In this document: in pieces, positions 30,425-39,340 of the stretch | Numbering within the stretch: the stretch's first letter is position 1 | How the letters are laid out: each line of letters begins with the position of its first letter | NCBI GenBank assembly: GCA_043814985.1 | Contig: JBDRJK010000015.1 | Span: 1-45,163, forward strand | Source: Candidatus Aenigmatarchaeota archaeon | Lineage (GTDB): Archaea; Aenigmatarchaeota; Aenigmatarchaeia; Aenigmatarchaeales; Aenigmatarchaeaceae | DNA: 45,163 bases | Direction: 5' to 3' | Notes under the pieces: model-generated | What the model was told of the DNA's origin: nothing | Databases searched by the model: none | The model's input: the letters and a program-made list of their open reading frames with translations, nothing else | Translations under genes and position numbers: made by a program

Positions 30425-30814
30425 ATGAATAAAAGGGATTATGCGTTCTTAATATTGTTCTTAGTAATACTGGCAACCAGCTTTATCTTCATCTATCAGA
30501 ACAGAGATTCATTTGACTGCTCCATAGAATATTCCTACGGCGACATCATGGGGGACATAGAGTACGAGTTCGAGCCAGAGGGTTCTGCATACGGGAAAAC
30601 AAAGATTTTCAGGTTTATCATATCCTCCCACAGGAACAGGATCGAGTATTTCGGCATGGAAGTAACAGATGTGTATGGAAATGTTCTGTTCTTTGAGAAC
30701 CTGACCAACCCGGACGGAGGTTCAATATCAATTTCTCTAGAATCAGACGAGAACGAAACGCTCACTGTGAGAAGGTTCTTCAAGAAAACATGCTACCCTG
30801 AAATGCAATTATGA
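30425..30814 (+). CDS. Hypothetical membrane-anchored protein
   Basis: N-terminal TM and a beta-rich external domain. Confidence 0.65.
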   Translation: MNKRDYAFLILFLVILATSFIFIYQNRDSFDCSIEYSYGDIMGDIEYEFEPEGSAYGKTKIFRFIISSHRNRIEYFGMEVTDVYGNVLFFENLTNPDGGSISISLESDENETLTVRRFFKKTCYPEMQL

Positions 30815-31015
30815 TTCTTCAACCTGAATGATTGCTGTTGATATCCAGAACATACCGCCAAGAAGTATCAATACAAATGATATTATATAGGCCATTGCGA
30901 CCGAGGTTGTTGTTGCACCTAGAACAGTAGTCTCTACACTACCAGCTATTAGAGCACCTATGAAAATGCATATTGCCCCTATTATCCAGAACGCTATTGA
31001 CCTTGAGTCTGCCAT
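30809..31015 (-). CDS. Small membrane protein
   Basis: Two TM segments. Confidence 0.65.
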   Translation of the reverse strand: MADSRSIAFWIIGAICIFIGALIAGSVETTVLGATTTSVAMAYIISFVLILLGGMFWISTAIIQVEES

Positions 31016-31056
31016 GAATATGAGTTTTTCTTTTAGATATTTATATTTGATGGTAT

Positions 31057-32208
31057 TCAGTTGAAAAATGCTTCAATTTCCATATCAATAATCTTAGAAA
31101 GTTCGTATCTTGTCTCAACTCTTTTCCTTTCACGCTGTCCCCATTTGGAATAATCAGTTTGACCATTGAAAAAACTAGCTATTTTTTCAGCTAACTCATG
31201 ATGATTACCAGGAGTAAATTTCTGGTCTTCCCAACCTTCTAACTGGTCCTTCAAGCCACCAACATCACTTACTATAACAGGAGTTTCACAGCTCATACCC
31301 TCAGTGCATGACATCCCAAAACTCTCAAAATAAGAGGGTACAATCAAAAGTTTAGCTCCTGAATAGATTGAAGACATTTTCTCATGTGGAACAAAACCCC
31401 TATATTTTATAGATTTTTCCAAACCCAATTCTTTTATCATACTTTCATATTGTTTGAATGGGTCCTCATTACCAAAAACATCAACCTCAAGTTGCATGCC
31501 TTTCTCTTTTGTAAGAATATTAAGAGCTTTTGATATTACATCAAAACCTTTAACAGGATTTTTACATCTTGCCGCAAATAGAATATCTGTATTCTTTTCT
31601 TTTGAATTTTTTTTGAATTTAGATGTATCAACCGGTTCAGGAATAATATGTATTTTAGAGTTATCGATTTTATACTCTGTTTCCAACCATTTAGCACTTG
31701 TTGTCGATGTTGTTTTTATATCATCACAGTTTTCTATTGTTGTCTTTTCTATTTTTATCAAATCATCAGTTCCATTGCTCCCATAAGGAAGTTTTATGCC
31801 ATATTTACCAGCAATCTCTAGCATGTATTTTTTTAAAGCTGAATCCCTGTAAACACGTCTAGTTCCTGGGAATTTTTTAAATAAATCTGAACCATGATAA
31901 GTATGAGATATCATGACATCCGGCTTCAATCTTTTAACAGTAGAAACTGATTTTTTACAAAGCTCCTTTATTCTCTCGAATCTGCCAGAATAATCCATAG
32001 GATTTTGCCCTGCAGCCAACGATTCAAGCCTGATCGGTATTGAATTAGGCAAACAACTACCAACTCCAGGAACATAAGGGCAGATAGCCCTGACATCCAA
32101 TCCCCTTTTCTCATATTCTTGCAAAGATTGCTTTATTGCTTCATGGCCTCCTCCATGAGGGACAGATTCCAATGTTACATATACACCGTCTATAGGCACC
32201 TTTATCAC
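31057..32208 (-). CDS. GT4 (GT-B) glycosyltransferase
   Basis: GGG near the N-terminus, KGFD, PSYFESFGMSCTEGMSC (ExxxxxxxE), SDVGG. Confidence 0.92.
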   Translation of the reverse strand: MIKVPIDGVYVTLESVPHGGGHEAIKQSLQEYEKRGLDVRAICPYVPGVGSCLPNSIPIRLESLAAGQNPMDYSGRFERIKELCKKSVSTVKRLKPDVMISHTYHGSDLFKKFPGTRRVYRDSALKKYMLEIAGKYGIKLPYGSNGTDDLIKIEKTTIENCDDIKTTSTTSAKWLETEYKIDNSKIHIIPEPVDTSKFKKNSKEKNTDILFAARCKNPVKGFDVISKALNILTKEKGMQLEVDVFGNEDPFKQYESMIKELGLEKSIKYRGFVPHEKMSSIYSGAKLLIVPSYFESFGMSCTEGMSCETPVIVSDVGGLKDQLEGWEDQKFTPGNHHELAEKIASFFNGQTDYSKWGQRERKRVETRYELSKIIDMEIEAFFN

Positions 32209-32218
32209 TACCTAGAAT

Positions 32219-32266
32219 GGTACTATTATTGGTACCAATACATGTACTTATAATTGTACCTTAACT
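32219..32266. repeat. Four GTAC-centred units at exact 12-bp spacing, including a 14-bp palindrome
   Basis: GTAC at 32220, 32232, 32244 and 32256; TATTGGTACCAATA at 32227-32240. Confidence 0.8.
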
Positions 32267-32305
32267 ATTTAAAGAGTGGTGCCAAAATAAAATTGGTGAT
32301 AAAGT

Positions 32306-32575
32306 ATGAAAGCCCCAAATATAATCAAAAATTTGGTTAAGGACAACTCTATAAAATCGATATTCAGGACTCTCTTCAAAGAAAGTCATGAAGGAAAGCT
32401 AGGGGTATCTATAACAATGCTGTCAGAGAAGACGGGAATAGAGAGACACAAGCTTGTTGGCATTCTAGAAGTTTTAGTTGTCTTAGGAATTCTAGTTGTC
32501 TTTGACATAGGTATGGCCAAAGCATTTGCCCCATCGCCAATGCTGTTAAAAGTGAAAAATCTCATCAGACTATAG
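32306..32575 (+). CDS. Small winged-helix protein, probable regulator
   Basis: GVSITMLSEKTGIERHKLVGILEVLVVLGIL...IGMAKAF; divergent from the GT4 gene. Confidence 0.7.
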   Translation: MKAPNIIKNLVKDNSIKSIFRTLFKESHEGKLGVSITMLSEKTGIERHKLVGILEVLVVLGILVVFDIGMAKAFAPSPMLLKVKNLIRL

Positions 32576-32637
32576 AAGAGTTGTTCTGTTTTCTTTTTTA
32601 TTCAAGATTTAAATAGACTTGAAATCAAACTATTTTT

Positions 32638-32910
32638 GCAGGGGATAGATTGGGGAGCTACCGGTTCTCTGTTAGCGCAAATCCGGTTCATGGCGCGATC
32701 GAAGCCCGAGGGCGATGTTAAGAATCTATGAGGCCCTATCGGCTGACTGAGAAGCTTCGTCCTGTAGAGTTGCTGTTATAGCGAACCGTAGGAGGCGGGG
32801 AACCGAGCACTACTAAGTTATGGTAGTGACGTTTATAGGGTCGCGAAGTGGAGAAGGTTGACAGGATTAACTTCATAAATTCTTCTCACCCACCAAAGGC
32901 GTTCTCCTGC
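32638..32910 (+). ncRNA. ffs: Signal recognition particle (7S) RNA
   Basis: Termini pair (GCAGGGGAT / GTTCTCCTGC); helix 8 GTAG-GAGG-CGG-GGAA-CCG-AGCA-CTAC at 32788-32813; TTTAAATA box upstream and T-run downstream; GC-richer ORF-free gap. Confidence 0.9.
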
Positions 32911-32954
32911 ATCTTTTTGAGAAGTTTTTTATCCTTTAGGGAAGAGATATATTT

Positions 32955-33710
32955 ATGGCCCGCTACAAGTACCAGAAAACCAATTACACTTCCTACATTG
33001 TTATTCTGTTGGTAGGATTATTGATTGGGTTTGCGTTGACATCATTATTTTTTTCCGTGGAGCCTGAAAAGGAAGTCGCTGTTGTTCCTGAGGAACCCCT
33101 GAAGAAGATGTATGCTGAGATAAATCTTGTTGCTGTTGACCAGGAGGGAAACGGCGTCTCAACGCCTTTGACAGTTGAGGCAATCCCAGGCGACGGCAAG
33201 GTTTTGACAGACATAGAGAAGCTTTTGTTCTGGGTTGACACGCAGTACTCGATACAGACTGCGAGAAATGTTGCAATAAACATAACCAAGAAGAACATGA
33301 ACGACTATGATCTGATATACAGCATAAAAACCGAGGCAACACTGGTAGGCGGCCCCTCTGCAGGTGCAGCCTTAACGCTTGCGACAATAGCTGCCTTGCA
33401 AAACAAGACCCTGAAGAATGACATAATAATAACAGGGACAGTGGATCCTGACGGCTCAATAGGCCAGGTCGGCGGTGTTCTGGAAAAGGCACAGGCAGCA
33501 AGCGATGTCGGCATCAAGGTTTTCCTAGTCCCACCAGGCCAGGGAGAAGAAGTCTACTTGAGACCAAATGAAACCTGTGAAAGAAAGGCTGGCTTCATTT
33601 TCTGCGAGACAATCTATGAACAGGTTACAATCAACATAGGAGACAGCGTGGGCATTTCTGTAATAGAAGTTGAGAACATAAAAGAGGCAATGGCATATTT
33701 CGGCTTATGA
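32955..33710 (+). CDS. Membrane-anchored Lon-like (S16) protease domain protein without ATPase
   Basis: GGPSAG (catalytic Ser), ITGTVDPDGSIGQVGGVLEK (catalytic Lys); N-terminal TM. Confidence 0.9.
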   Translation: MARYKYQKTNYTSYIVILLVGLLIGFALTSLFFSVEPEKEVAVVPEEPLKKMYAEINLVAVDQEGNGVSTPLTVEAIPGDGKVLTDIEKLLFWVDTQYSIQTARNVAINITKKNMNDYDLIYSIKTEATLVGGPSAGAALTLATIAALQNKTLKNDIIITGTVDPDGSIGQVGGVLEKAQAASDVGIKVFLVPPGQGEEVYLRPNETCERKAGFIFCETIYEQVTINIGDSVGISVIEVENIKEAMAYFGL

Positions 33711-35174
33711 TCTTAGCTTCTCAAGAGTTTTTTCAGGGTCAGCCCTGTAGTCAGAAAAAATAGCAACAACATCCTTGAAATTGTTCAACTGTTTCTTGTG
33801 TATTATATCAAGCAGTTCCGTTCTCCTCTTTATTTCCTTCAGCAAATCGCTTGTCTCAACGCCCTTCTGAACTGCTATTTGTTGCAGTAACCATGAAACT
33901 CCCTTGTAGTTGAACTTGTCCTCCTTGGGAGACCAACGGTAGACATTGTTGGTCCTTGCCTTGCCTGTCTCAGCTGAAACAGATTCTATCTCGACAATCT
34001 CCTTGACCCTTCTTGCAGACTCGTTCTTTTCCCTTGCATGAATCATGACAATTATCAGATCAAGAGTGTCAACTAATGAAGGTGATAGGTTGATGGGAGG
34101 GGTTTCCAACCTGTAGATAACATCCTCAACCCTGCCGGCATGCATTGTTCCCATTGCTGGTATGCCGGAAGCCATGCCCTGGAACATGACATAGGCTTCT
34201 TTTCCTCTGACCTCACCCACAACAACATAATCAGGTGTCTGCCTGAATGACTCCTTCAGCAAGTCGAACATTGTTACCTCGCCGTAGCCCTTTGCAAAAC
34301 CAACCCTTGTGACTGCGGGTATCCAGTTCTCGTGAGGAATGTTCAACTCTCTTGTATCCTCTATTGATATTATCTTTAACTGCGTTGGTATGAACATCAG
34401 AAGAACATTTAACAGGGTTGTCTTCCCAGTGCCTGCCCCTCCTGATATTAGAACAGAAGAACCGTTCTCGACTGCCAGCCAAAGGTATGCAAGCATCTCA
34501 GTGTTGATTGTTTTCTTGTTTAACAAATCTACTGGCGAGTATGGTTCAGGGACAAACTTCCTTATTGTGAAGCTCGGTCCTTTGGTTGTGACATCAGTAG
34601 CGAATGTCGCCTGAACTCTTGAACCATCTGGAAGAGTCCCGTCCAACAATGGTTCAGCATATGAGACGAATCTCCCACACCTCTCGGCTAGCTTCACTAC
34701 AAAGTCCTTTAATCTTTTTTCTTCATTGTAGACAATGTTGGATTTTATTGAGCCGTACTTCCTGTGGACAATGAATATTGGGATTTTCATGCCGTCGCAG
34801 GAAATGTCCTCTATCTCAGGGTCCTGCATGAAAGGCTCTATCTCGTTCAAACCGACAAAGTCCCTCTGGATATAATAAATTATTTTGTTGAGGCTCGTCT
34901 CTGAAAGCTTGATTTCATACTCGTCAAGAATCTTGTTGATTTGCTCCTTCAGATAGTTCAGTGCCTCTCCCCTCTTCTTGATTGAGGAAAGCTCGACATC
35001 AAGTAATTCCAGAAGTCCATTGACTATCTTCTCCTGTGTGGCTTTTTCATCATTGGTGAGCTGAGGCTCAAGAACTTTGTAAAGAAATTCCTTTTTCTTT
35101 TCATCCCACTTTATTTCCACAGACGTGAGTGGTGAGGATAAATTGTACTTAGAATCTTTTTCTCTCTCAGGCAT
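33705..35174 (-). CDS. Type II/IV secretion (pilus assembly) ATPase
   Basis: EDISCDG, Walker A GGAGTGKTT, IEDTRE, VVGEVRG, His-box TMHA. Confidence 0.95.
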   Translation of the reverse strand: MPEREKDSKYNLSSPLTSVEIKWDEKKKEFLYKVLEPQLTNDEKATQEKIVNGLLELLDVELSSIKKRGEALNYLKEQINKILDEYEIKLSETSLNKIIYYIQRDFVGLNEIEPFMQDPEIEDISCDGMKIPIFIVHRKYGSIKSNIVYNEEKRLKDFVVKLAERCGRFVSYAEPLLDGTLPDGSRVQATFATDVTTKGPSFTIRKFVPEPYSPVDLLNKKTINTEMLAYLWLAVENGSSVLISGGAGTGKTTLLNVLLMFIPTQLKIISIEDTRELNIPHENWIPAVTRVGFAKGYGEVTMFDLLKESFRQTPDYVVVGEVRGKEAYVMFQGMASGIPAMGTMHAGRVEDVIYRLETPPINLSPSLVDTLDLIIVMIHAREKNESARRVKEIVEIESVSAETGKARTNNVYRWSPKEDKFNYKGVSWLLQQIAVQKGVETSDLLKEIKRRTELLDIIHKKQLNNFKDVVAIFSDYRADPEKTLEKLRS

Positions 35175-35261
35175 AAGGATTTATTGGTTGAGATGTTTAT
35201 TAAAGTTTGTGCTATAAAGGCGTACTTAATAAGGATTTAAGGATTATTTTTCAGAGATAAT

Positions 35262-35996
35262 TTAAGAAACTGTAACAGCTGTTTTATTAGTATGTGAAGG
35301 CCCTAATAGTAATATTACTGGTTCTTTTTCAGTTGGAGAAAGTTCATCTATTGAATCTATAAGAAGAGAATTGAAACATCTTGTGTATTTCTCTGGGTAG
35401 AAAGTCAAACATGTACTGCCATCATTAAGTTCAAAGGTTTCTACATCTGTACCCAAAAGATTTCTGTATATTATAGTTAATTTATTTACTATCTCAAAGG
35501 TGTCGGCAAGGAAGAATGGGTTCTCTGTTTCATTATGGAAATAGGCAATGTTTATTTTGTAAACCTCAGGGTTTAGTAAAACATCTTTGATAGCACCTTC
35601 ATCAGGATAGACGTGGGTTAAATTTGCTTCGTTTAAATCTGCACGAAAGTGCCTTCTATCGCCAGCGTAATCTAATACATAGAAAATTTCTTCTGTTACG
35701 TTATGTCTTTCACCTTCTGATTCATCATATTGAGTTATTTTTAATTCATAAAATGTACCAGTATCGGCATCTTCCAACATCAAAACAAGCAACATTTTAT
35801 CAACAGCCAAGTCAAGGTCTGTGTATAATCTATCTATCTCTGAGAAATCCTTACCTTCCAAAGTAATCATACTATAGTTTACAACTGGTGTTGTGTTGTT
35901 TTGTTGCATATTAGTTTCAGTATTTTGTATGCATCCAGCTACCAAAACCACTGCTAAAATCAGTATATCTATTAGGATTTTCATTTGTAAAACCAA
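35262..35996 (-). CDS. Putative lipoprotein
   Basis: Lipobox-like VLVAGC; true start probably MKILID. Confidence 0.7.
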   Translation of the reverse strand: MVLQMKILIDILILAVVLVAGCIQNTETNMQQNNTTPVVNYSMITLEGKDFSEIDRLYTDLDLAVDKMLLVLMLEDADTGTFYELKITQYDESEGERHNVTEEIFYVLDYAGDRRHFRADLNEANLTHVYPDEGAIKDVLLNPEVYKINIAYFHNETENPFFLADTFEIVNKLTIIYRNLLGTDVETFELNDGSTCLTFYPEKYTRCFNSLLIDSIDELSPTEKEPVILLLGPSHTNKTAVTVS

Positions 35997-36193
35997 TCTT
36001 TATTTGAAAGAGCCAGAGATAATAAAATTCCTATTCCTAACATAAAAAGATATATACCAAATAAAATTTGCTCAATAGCAGCAATCTCATTAGAACTGCT
36101 TTGGGGGGTCATAAAGGAGCTGATTGAACCTATTATACCCAAACCTATTAAAATATTAGCTAAAATTTTTAAACCACCTTTTAGTTTTCCCAT
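35981..36193 (-). CDS. Small membrane protein
   Basis: Two TM segments; AT-rich. Confidence 0.6.
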   Translation of the reverse strand: MGKLKGGLKILANILIGLGIIGSISSFMTPQSSSNEIAAIEQILFGIYLFMLGIGILLSLALSNKDWFYK

Positions 36194-36194
36194 A

Positions 36195-36509
36195 CTATCT
36201 ACTTCTTTTTCTTAAGGTTTCCCATGTTACCTTCTTTTTTTCTTTTGATTCATTTTCTGCTTTTTTGTTAGTTTCTTTACCTTTTTTTATTTTAATCAAA
36301 CTTTTCAATCCAAAATAAGCAATTATTAAACCACCAATCATTAAAAGATAAACTTTTCCACCCTCTGACATGGCATTGGTTTGGGTTCGCCAATCATCTG
36401 AATTCATAGCATCATTTAAAGCATCACCTAGAGTTCCATAGCGAATGAACAGAGTAACAGCAACAATAATACAGACAATAACCACAACATCTATTATCCA
36501 TTCATTCAT
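36195..36509 (-). CDS. Small membrane protein
   Basis: Two TM segments and a Lys-rich tail; AT-rich. Confidence 0.6.
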   Translation of the reverse strand: MNEWIIDVVVIVCIIVAVTLFIRYGTLGDALNDAMNSDDWRTQTNAMSEGGKVYLLMIGGLIIAYFGLKSLIKIKKGKETNKKAENESKEKKKVTWETLRKRSR

Positions 36510-36583
36510 ACTAGAAATATAGAAAAATAGGCTTTTAATCTTTTGTAAATCTTATTATTTATACGGTAAAAGTTTGTGATTAA

Positions 36584-37504
36584 ATGATTCCGGAAAACGT
36601 TCAAGCTGTTCTGAAAAGGCAGAGGTACAAGATTGTCGGCAACCATTCAGCTGCCAAGCTGTGCTTGTGGACAAAAAGGTCAATAAAGACAGGCGGCAAA
36701 GAACATTGCTACAAGGAGCAGTTCTACAAGGATATTGGAATAAAGTCCCATGGTTGTCTGCAGTGCACTCCTGCTGTTATGTGGTGTTCAATGGGATGCA
36801 GGTTCTGCTGGAGAGCAACAGAGATGACACTGGGTCAGAAAATAAAAAATGAGGAAGAACCTGAGAAACTTGTGGAGGGTTTCATAGAAGCGCAGAGAAA
36901 ACTTCTGACTGGGTTGGGTGGAGTTCCACATGATGAGAAGTATCTTAAGGAAGCGCAGAATCCTTCCAATGCTGCAATATCATTGAGCGGTGATCCTTGC
37001 TGCTATAGCCAACTTTCTGACTTAATCAAAGAGTTCCACAGGAGAAAAATGAAAACCTTTGTTGTCACCAACGGAACTTTTCCAGAAGCCCTTGAATCCT
37101 TGGAGACTTTACCAACCCAACTTTATGTTTCAATGTCCTTTTTTAATAAAAAAATGATGGACAATGTCAATGTTCCTTTGGTGAAAAACGCTTGGGAGAG
37201 ATATCAAAGAACTTTAAAGTTATTGCCTTCACTCAAGACAAGAAAGGCAATAAGATTGACAATGGTGAAAGGGCTGAACATGATGAATCCTGAAAATTAT
37301 GCGGAGATGATTAAGATTGCCTCGCCTAATTTTGTTGAAGTTAAGAGTTTCATGGCTGTAGGCTTCTCTAGGAAAAGATTGCCTTATTCTGCAATGCCAA
37401 CACACGAAGAAATAAAAGAATTTTCTCAGAAGATTGCTGATAATATTGATTATAAAATTGCTGACGAGAAAAAGGAAAGCAGGGTCGTTCTATTGACAAA
37501 ATGA
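36584..37504 (+). CDS. taw1: 4-demethylwyosine synthase Taw1/TYW1 (radical SAM)
   Basis: GNHSAAKLCLW, CYKEQFY, CSMGCRFCWR, AISLSG, EVKSFMAVGFSRKRL. Confidence 0.95.
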   Translation: MIPENVQAVLKRQRYKIVGNHSAAKLCLWTKRSIKTGGKEHCYKEQFYKDIGIKSHGCLQCTPAVMWCSMGCRFCWRATEMTLGQKIKNEEEPEKLVEGFIEAQRKLLTGLGGVPHDEKYLKEAQNPSNAAISLSGDPCCYSQLSDLIKEFHRRKMKTFVVTNGTFPEALESLETLPTQLYVSMSFFNKKMMDNVNVPLVKNAWERYQRTLKLLPSLKTRKAIRLTMVKGLNMMNPENYAEMIKIASPNFVEVKSFMAVGFSRKRLPYSAMPTHEEIKEFSQKIADNIDYKIADEKKESRVVLLTK

Positions 37505-37536
37505 AGATTTAAATAAAAAACTATTCAATTTTAATT

Positions 37537-37848
37537 ATGGCTGTAAGTGAACTTTTTTTAGATTTATTACCTCAGTTATCTCCTTATGCAACATTAGCAG
37601 CGTTATCATTAACATCTGCAGCGTTTACTAGTGGGTTGTTCAGAAATCGTGGTAAATATCCTATTTTTAATAAGGTATCAAATGATTTTCTCGTAGCATT
37701 TTTTAGCTTTACTATTGGAATATTATTTACATCCGCTAATAGTCTTTTTCCTAATAATGATATTATAGGAGCAGGTATGATATTCTCATTGTTTATAGGC
37801 ATTTTATTTCTCTCATTTTCAGCTTGGAATCTTCTTAAAGTATATTAA
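37537..37848 (+). CDS. Small membrane protein
   Basis: Three hydrophobic segments; AT-rich. Confidence 0.6.
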   Translation: MAVSELFLDLLPQLSPYATLAALSLTSAAFTSGLFRNRGKYPIFNKVSNDFLVAFFSFTIGILFTSANSLFPNNDIIGAGMIFSLFIGILFLSFSAWNLLKVY

Positions 37849-37915
37849 TTAGATTGTAAATTACCACCAAAAGTAGTACTTTAATTTTATATTCTAAGAC
37901 TGATGTTAATATGCC

Positions 37916-38677
37916 GTGAGAAGATTTTCTAGCAAAGAAAAAGATAGTATAATAAAGCTGAGAAAAAGAGGAAAGTCCTTGAATCAAATCTGCAATATTC
38001 TTAAGGTAAATGTCAAAAACAAATCCAGCATCTACTTCCATCTTAGGAAGAATTTTGGCAGAAGCTATAAACTAGTAAAGCTGAATCTTTCCAACCAAAA
38101 TCTAATCGGAGAGGTGATGGGATTGTTTGCTGCTGATGGAAGTGCAGTACCACAGACCGACTACCAAATAAGATTTCACTTATCTTTAGATGAAAAGAAA
38201 TACGCCAAAGATTTCAAATCTGTCTTGAAAGAAGTATTCAACAAAATACCTTCAATTTACGAAACCGAGAGAAACTCAATATCAATAAGATATAGGTCAA
38301 AGGTGATTTACGAGTTTATAAAAAATTATTTGTTTTGGGAAGGAAAGAAAACCTATACAATCAAATTAAAGTCCTTGAACCATACAAATAAATTCTTAAT
38401 CGGTTTTCTAAGAGGCTATTTTGACGGCGATGGCTATTCAAGAAAAGAATCAAAAACAGCCGAAATAGTCACAACATCGAAAAACATGCATAATCAACTA
38501 AAGGATATCTTGTCTTTGCTAAATCTCAGCTTCAGCACAAGAATTTATAATGATAAAAGAAGAAAAAGGCATACAGCGTACTACATATATTTAAGAAAAC
38601 TAGATGCTGTAAAATTTATCAGACTGATAGGACCGAGAAATCCTAAAAGAATGAGAAATTGGGGGCCCGTCGTATAG
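37916..38677 (+). CDS. Free-standing double-motif LAGLIDADG endonuclease with N-terminal HTH; stop codon inside tRNA-Pro
   Basis: Motifs VMGLFAADG and LRGYFDGDG; N-terminal IIKLRKRGKSLNQICNIL..KSSIYFHL; TAG at 38675-38677. Confidence 0.9.
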   Translation: MRRFSSKEKDSIIKLRKRGKSLNQICNILKVNVKNKSSIYFHLRKNFGRSYKLVKLNLSNQNLIGEVMGLFAADGSAVPQTDYQIRFHLSLDEKKYAKDFKSVLKEVFNKIPSIYETERNSISIRYRSKVIYEFIKNYLFWEGKKTYTIKLKSLNHTNKFLIGFLRGYFDGDGYSRKESKTAEIVTTSKNMHNQLKDILSLLNLSFSTRIYNDKRRKRHTAYYIYLRKLDAVKFIRLIGPRNPKRMRNWGPVV

Positions 38678-38752
38678 CTTGGTCTAGTATATACGCTTGG
38701 GGAAGTAAAATCCAAATTGTGTATGACCCCGGTTCAAATCCGGGCGGGCCCA
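38663..38752 (+). tRNA. tRNA-Pro(GGG) with a 15-nt intron at 37/38 (38703-38717)
   Basis: Acceptor GGGCCCG/CGGGCCC; central helix TTGG/CCAA with GG^A and AT^T; splicing gives TACGC-TT GGG GT-GTGTA; T arm CCCGG-TTCAAAT-CCGGG. Confidence 0.93.
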
Positions 38753-38753
38753 C

Positions 38754-38764
38754 TTTATTTTTTT
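38754..38764 (+). terminator. Oligo-T tract after tRNA-Pro
   Basis: TTTATTTTTTT just downstream of the discriminator base. Confidence 0.5.
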
Positions 38765-38803
38765 AATTATATATTTATTTAGAAATTTCAAACGGTGTAA
38801 AAC

Positions 38804-39103
38804 ATGATAAAAACTAGCATGAGATATTGTAAAAAGTGTAAGAAAGTGACATCATGGATGCTAAACCCAAAAATTAAACATAGTAGATGTTTACAATGTA
38901 ATGGTAGGTGGGCTCAAAGACCAAATGGAATGAAGTTCCCTGAAGAAATCGTAAAGGAAGAAGTAAAATTACTCGAAAAAAAGGCTGGAGAAAGAAAAAG
39001 AAAAATTGACGAAGGGGAGAAAGTAAAAAAGTTGAAGAATAAATATAAGAGGATTATGAAAAGGGCCAAGAAAAGGATGCAAACACTAGCCAAATTATTT
39101 TAA
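38804..39103 (+). CDS. Basic zinc-ribbon hypothetical protein
   Basis: CKKC...CLQC followed by a Lys-rich helix. Confidence 0.65.
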   Translation: MIKTSMRYCKKCKKVTSWMLNPKIKHSRCLQCNGRWAQRPNGMKFPEEIVKEEVKLLEKKAGERKRKIDEGEKVKKLKNKYKRIMKRAKKRMQTLAKLF

Positions 39104-39117
39104 GTTTGCATTCCTGT

Positions 39118-39336
39118 TCAACCAACCCTGATAACCTTCTTCTTGCTCTTGAAGCCTCTTACTATGGAAATGAAAGACCTGGGGACTTCGAAGTGCTCTG
39201 CCAATATTTCTATCAAACGATTGTTTGCCTCATTATCTTTGGTGGGAGCGTCAACGCTTACCTTGTAATCATATTTTGTTAGTTTTATTACTTGAGAATA
39301 TTTCGCGTTGGGTTTTACAAGTACGTTTATCTCCAT
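39118..39336 (-). CDS. DUF167/YggU family protein
   Basis: VKPNAK...VDAPTKDNEAN...ISIVRGFKSKKK. Confidence 0.88.
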   Translation of the reverse strand: MEINVLVKPNAKYSQVIKLTKYDYKVSVDAPTKDNEANNRLIEILAEHFEVPRSFISIVRGFKSKKKVIRVG

Positions 39337-39340
39337 AAAA

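Noticed and set aside
32219..32266. CRISPR array or tandem-repeat locus
   Set aside because: Units are 12 nt with only a 4-6 nt shared core; no repeat-spacer array or cas gene was seen anywhere in the window.
32638..32910. RNase P RNA or a novel ncRNA
   Set aside because: No GAGGAAAGTCC P4 motif; the SRP helix 8 motif and terminal pairing identify it as SRP RNA.
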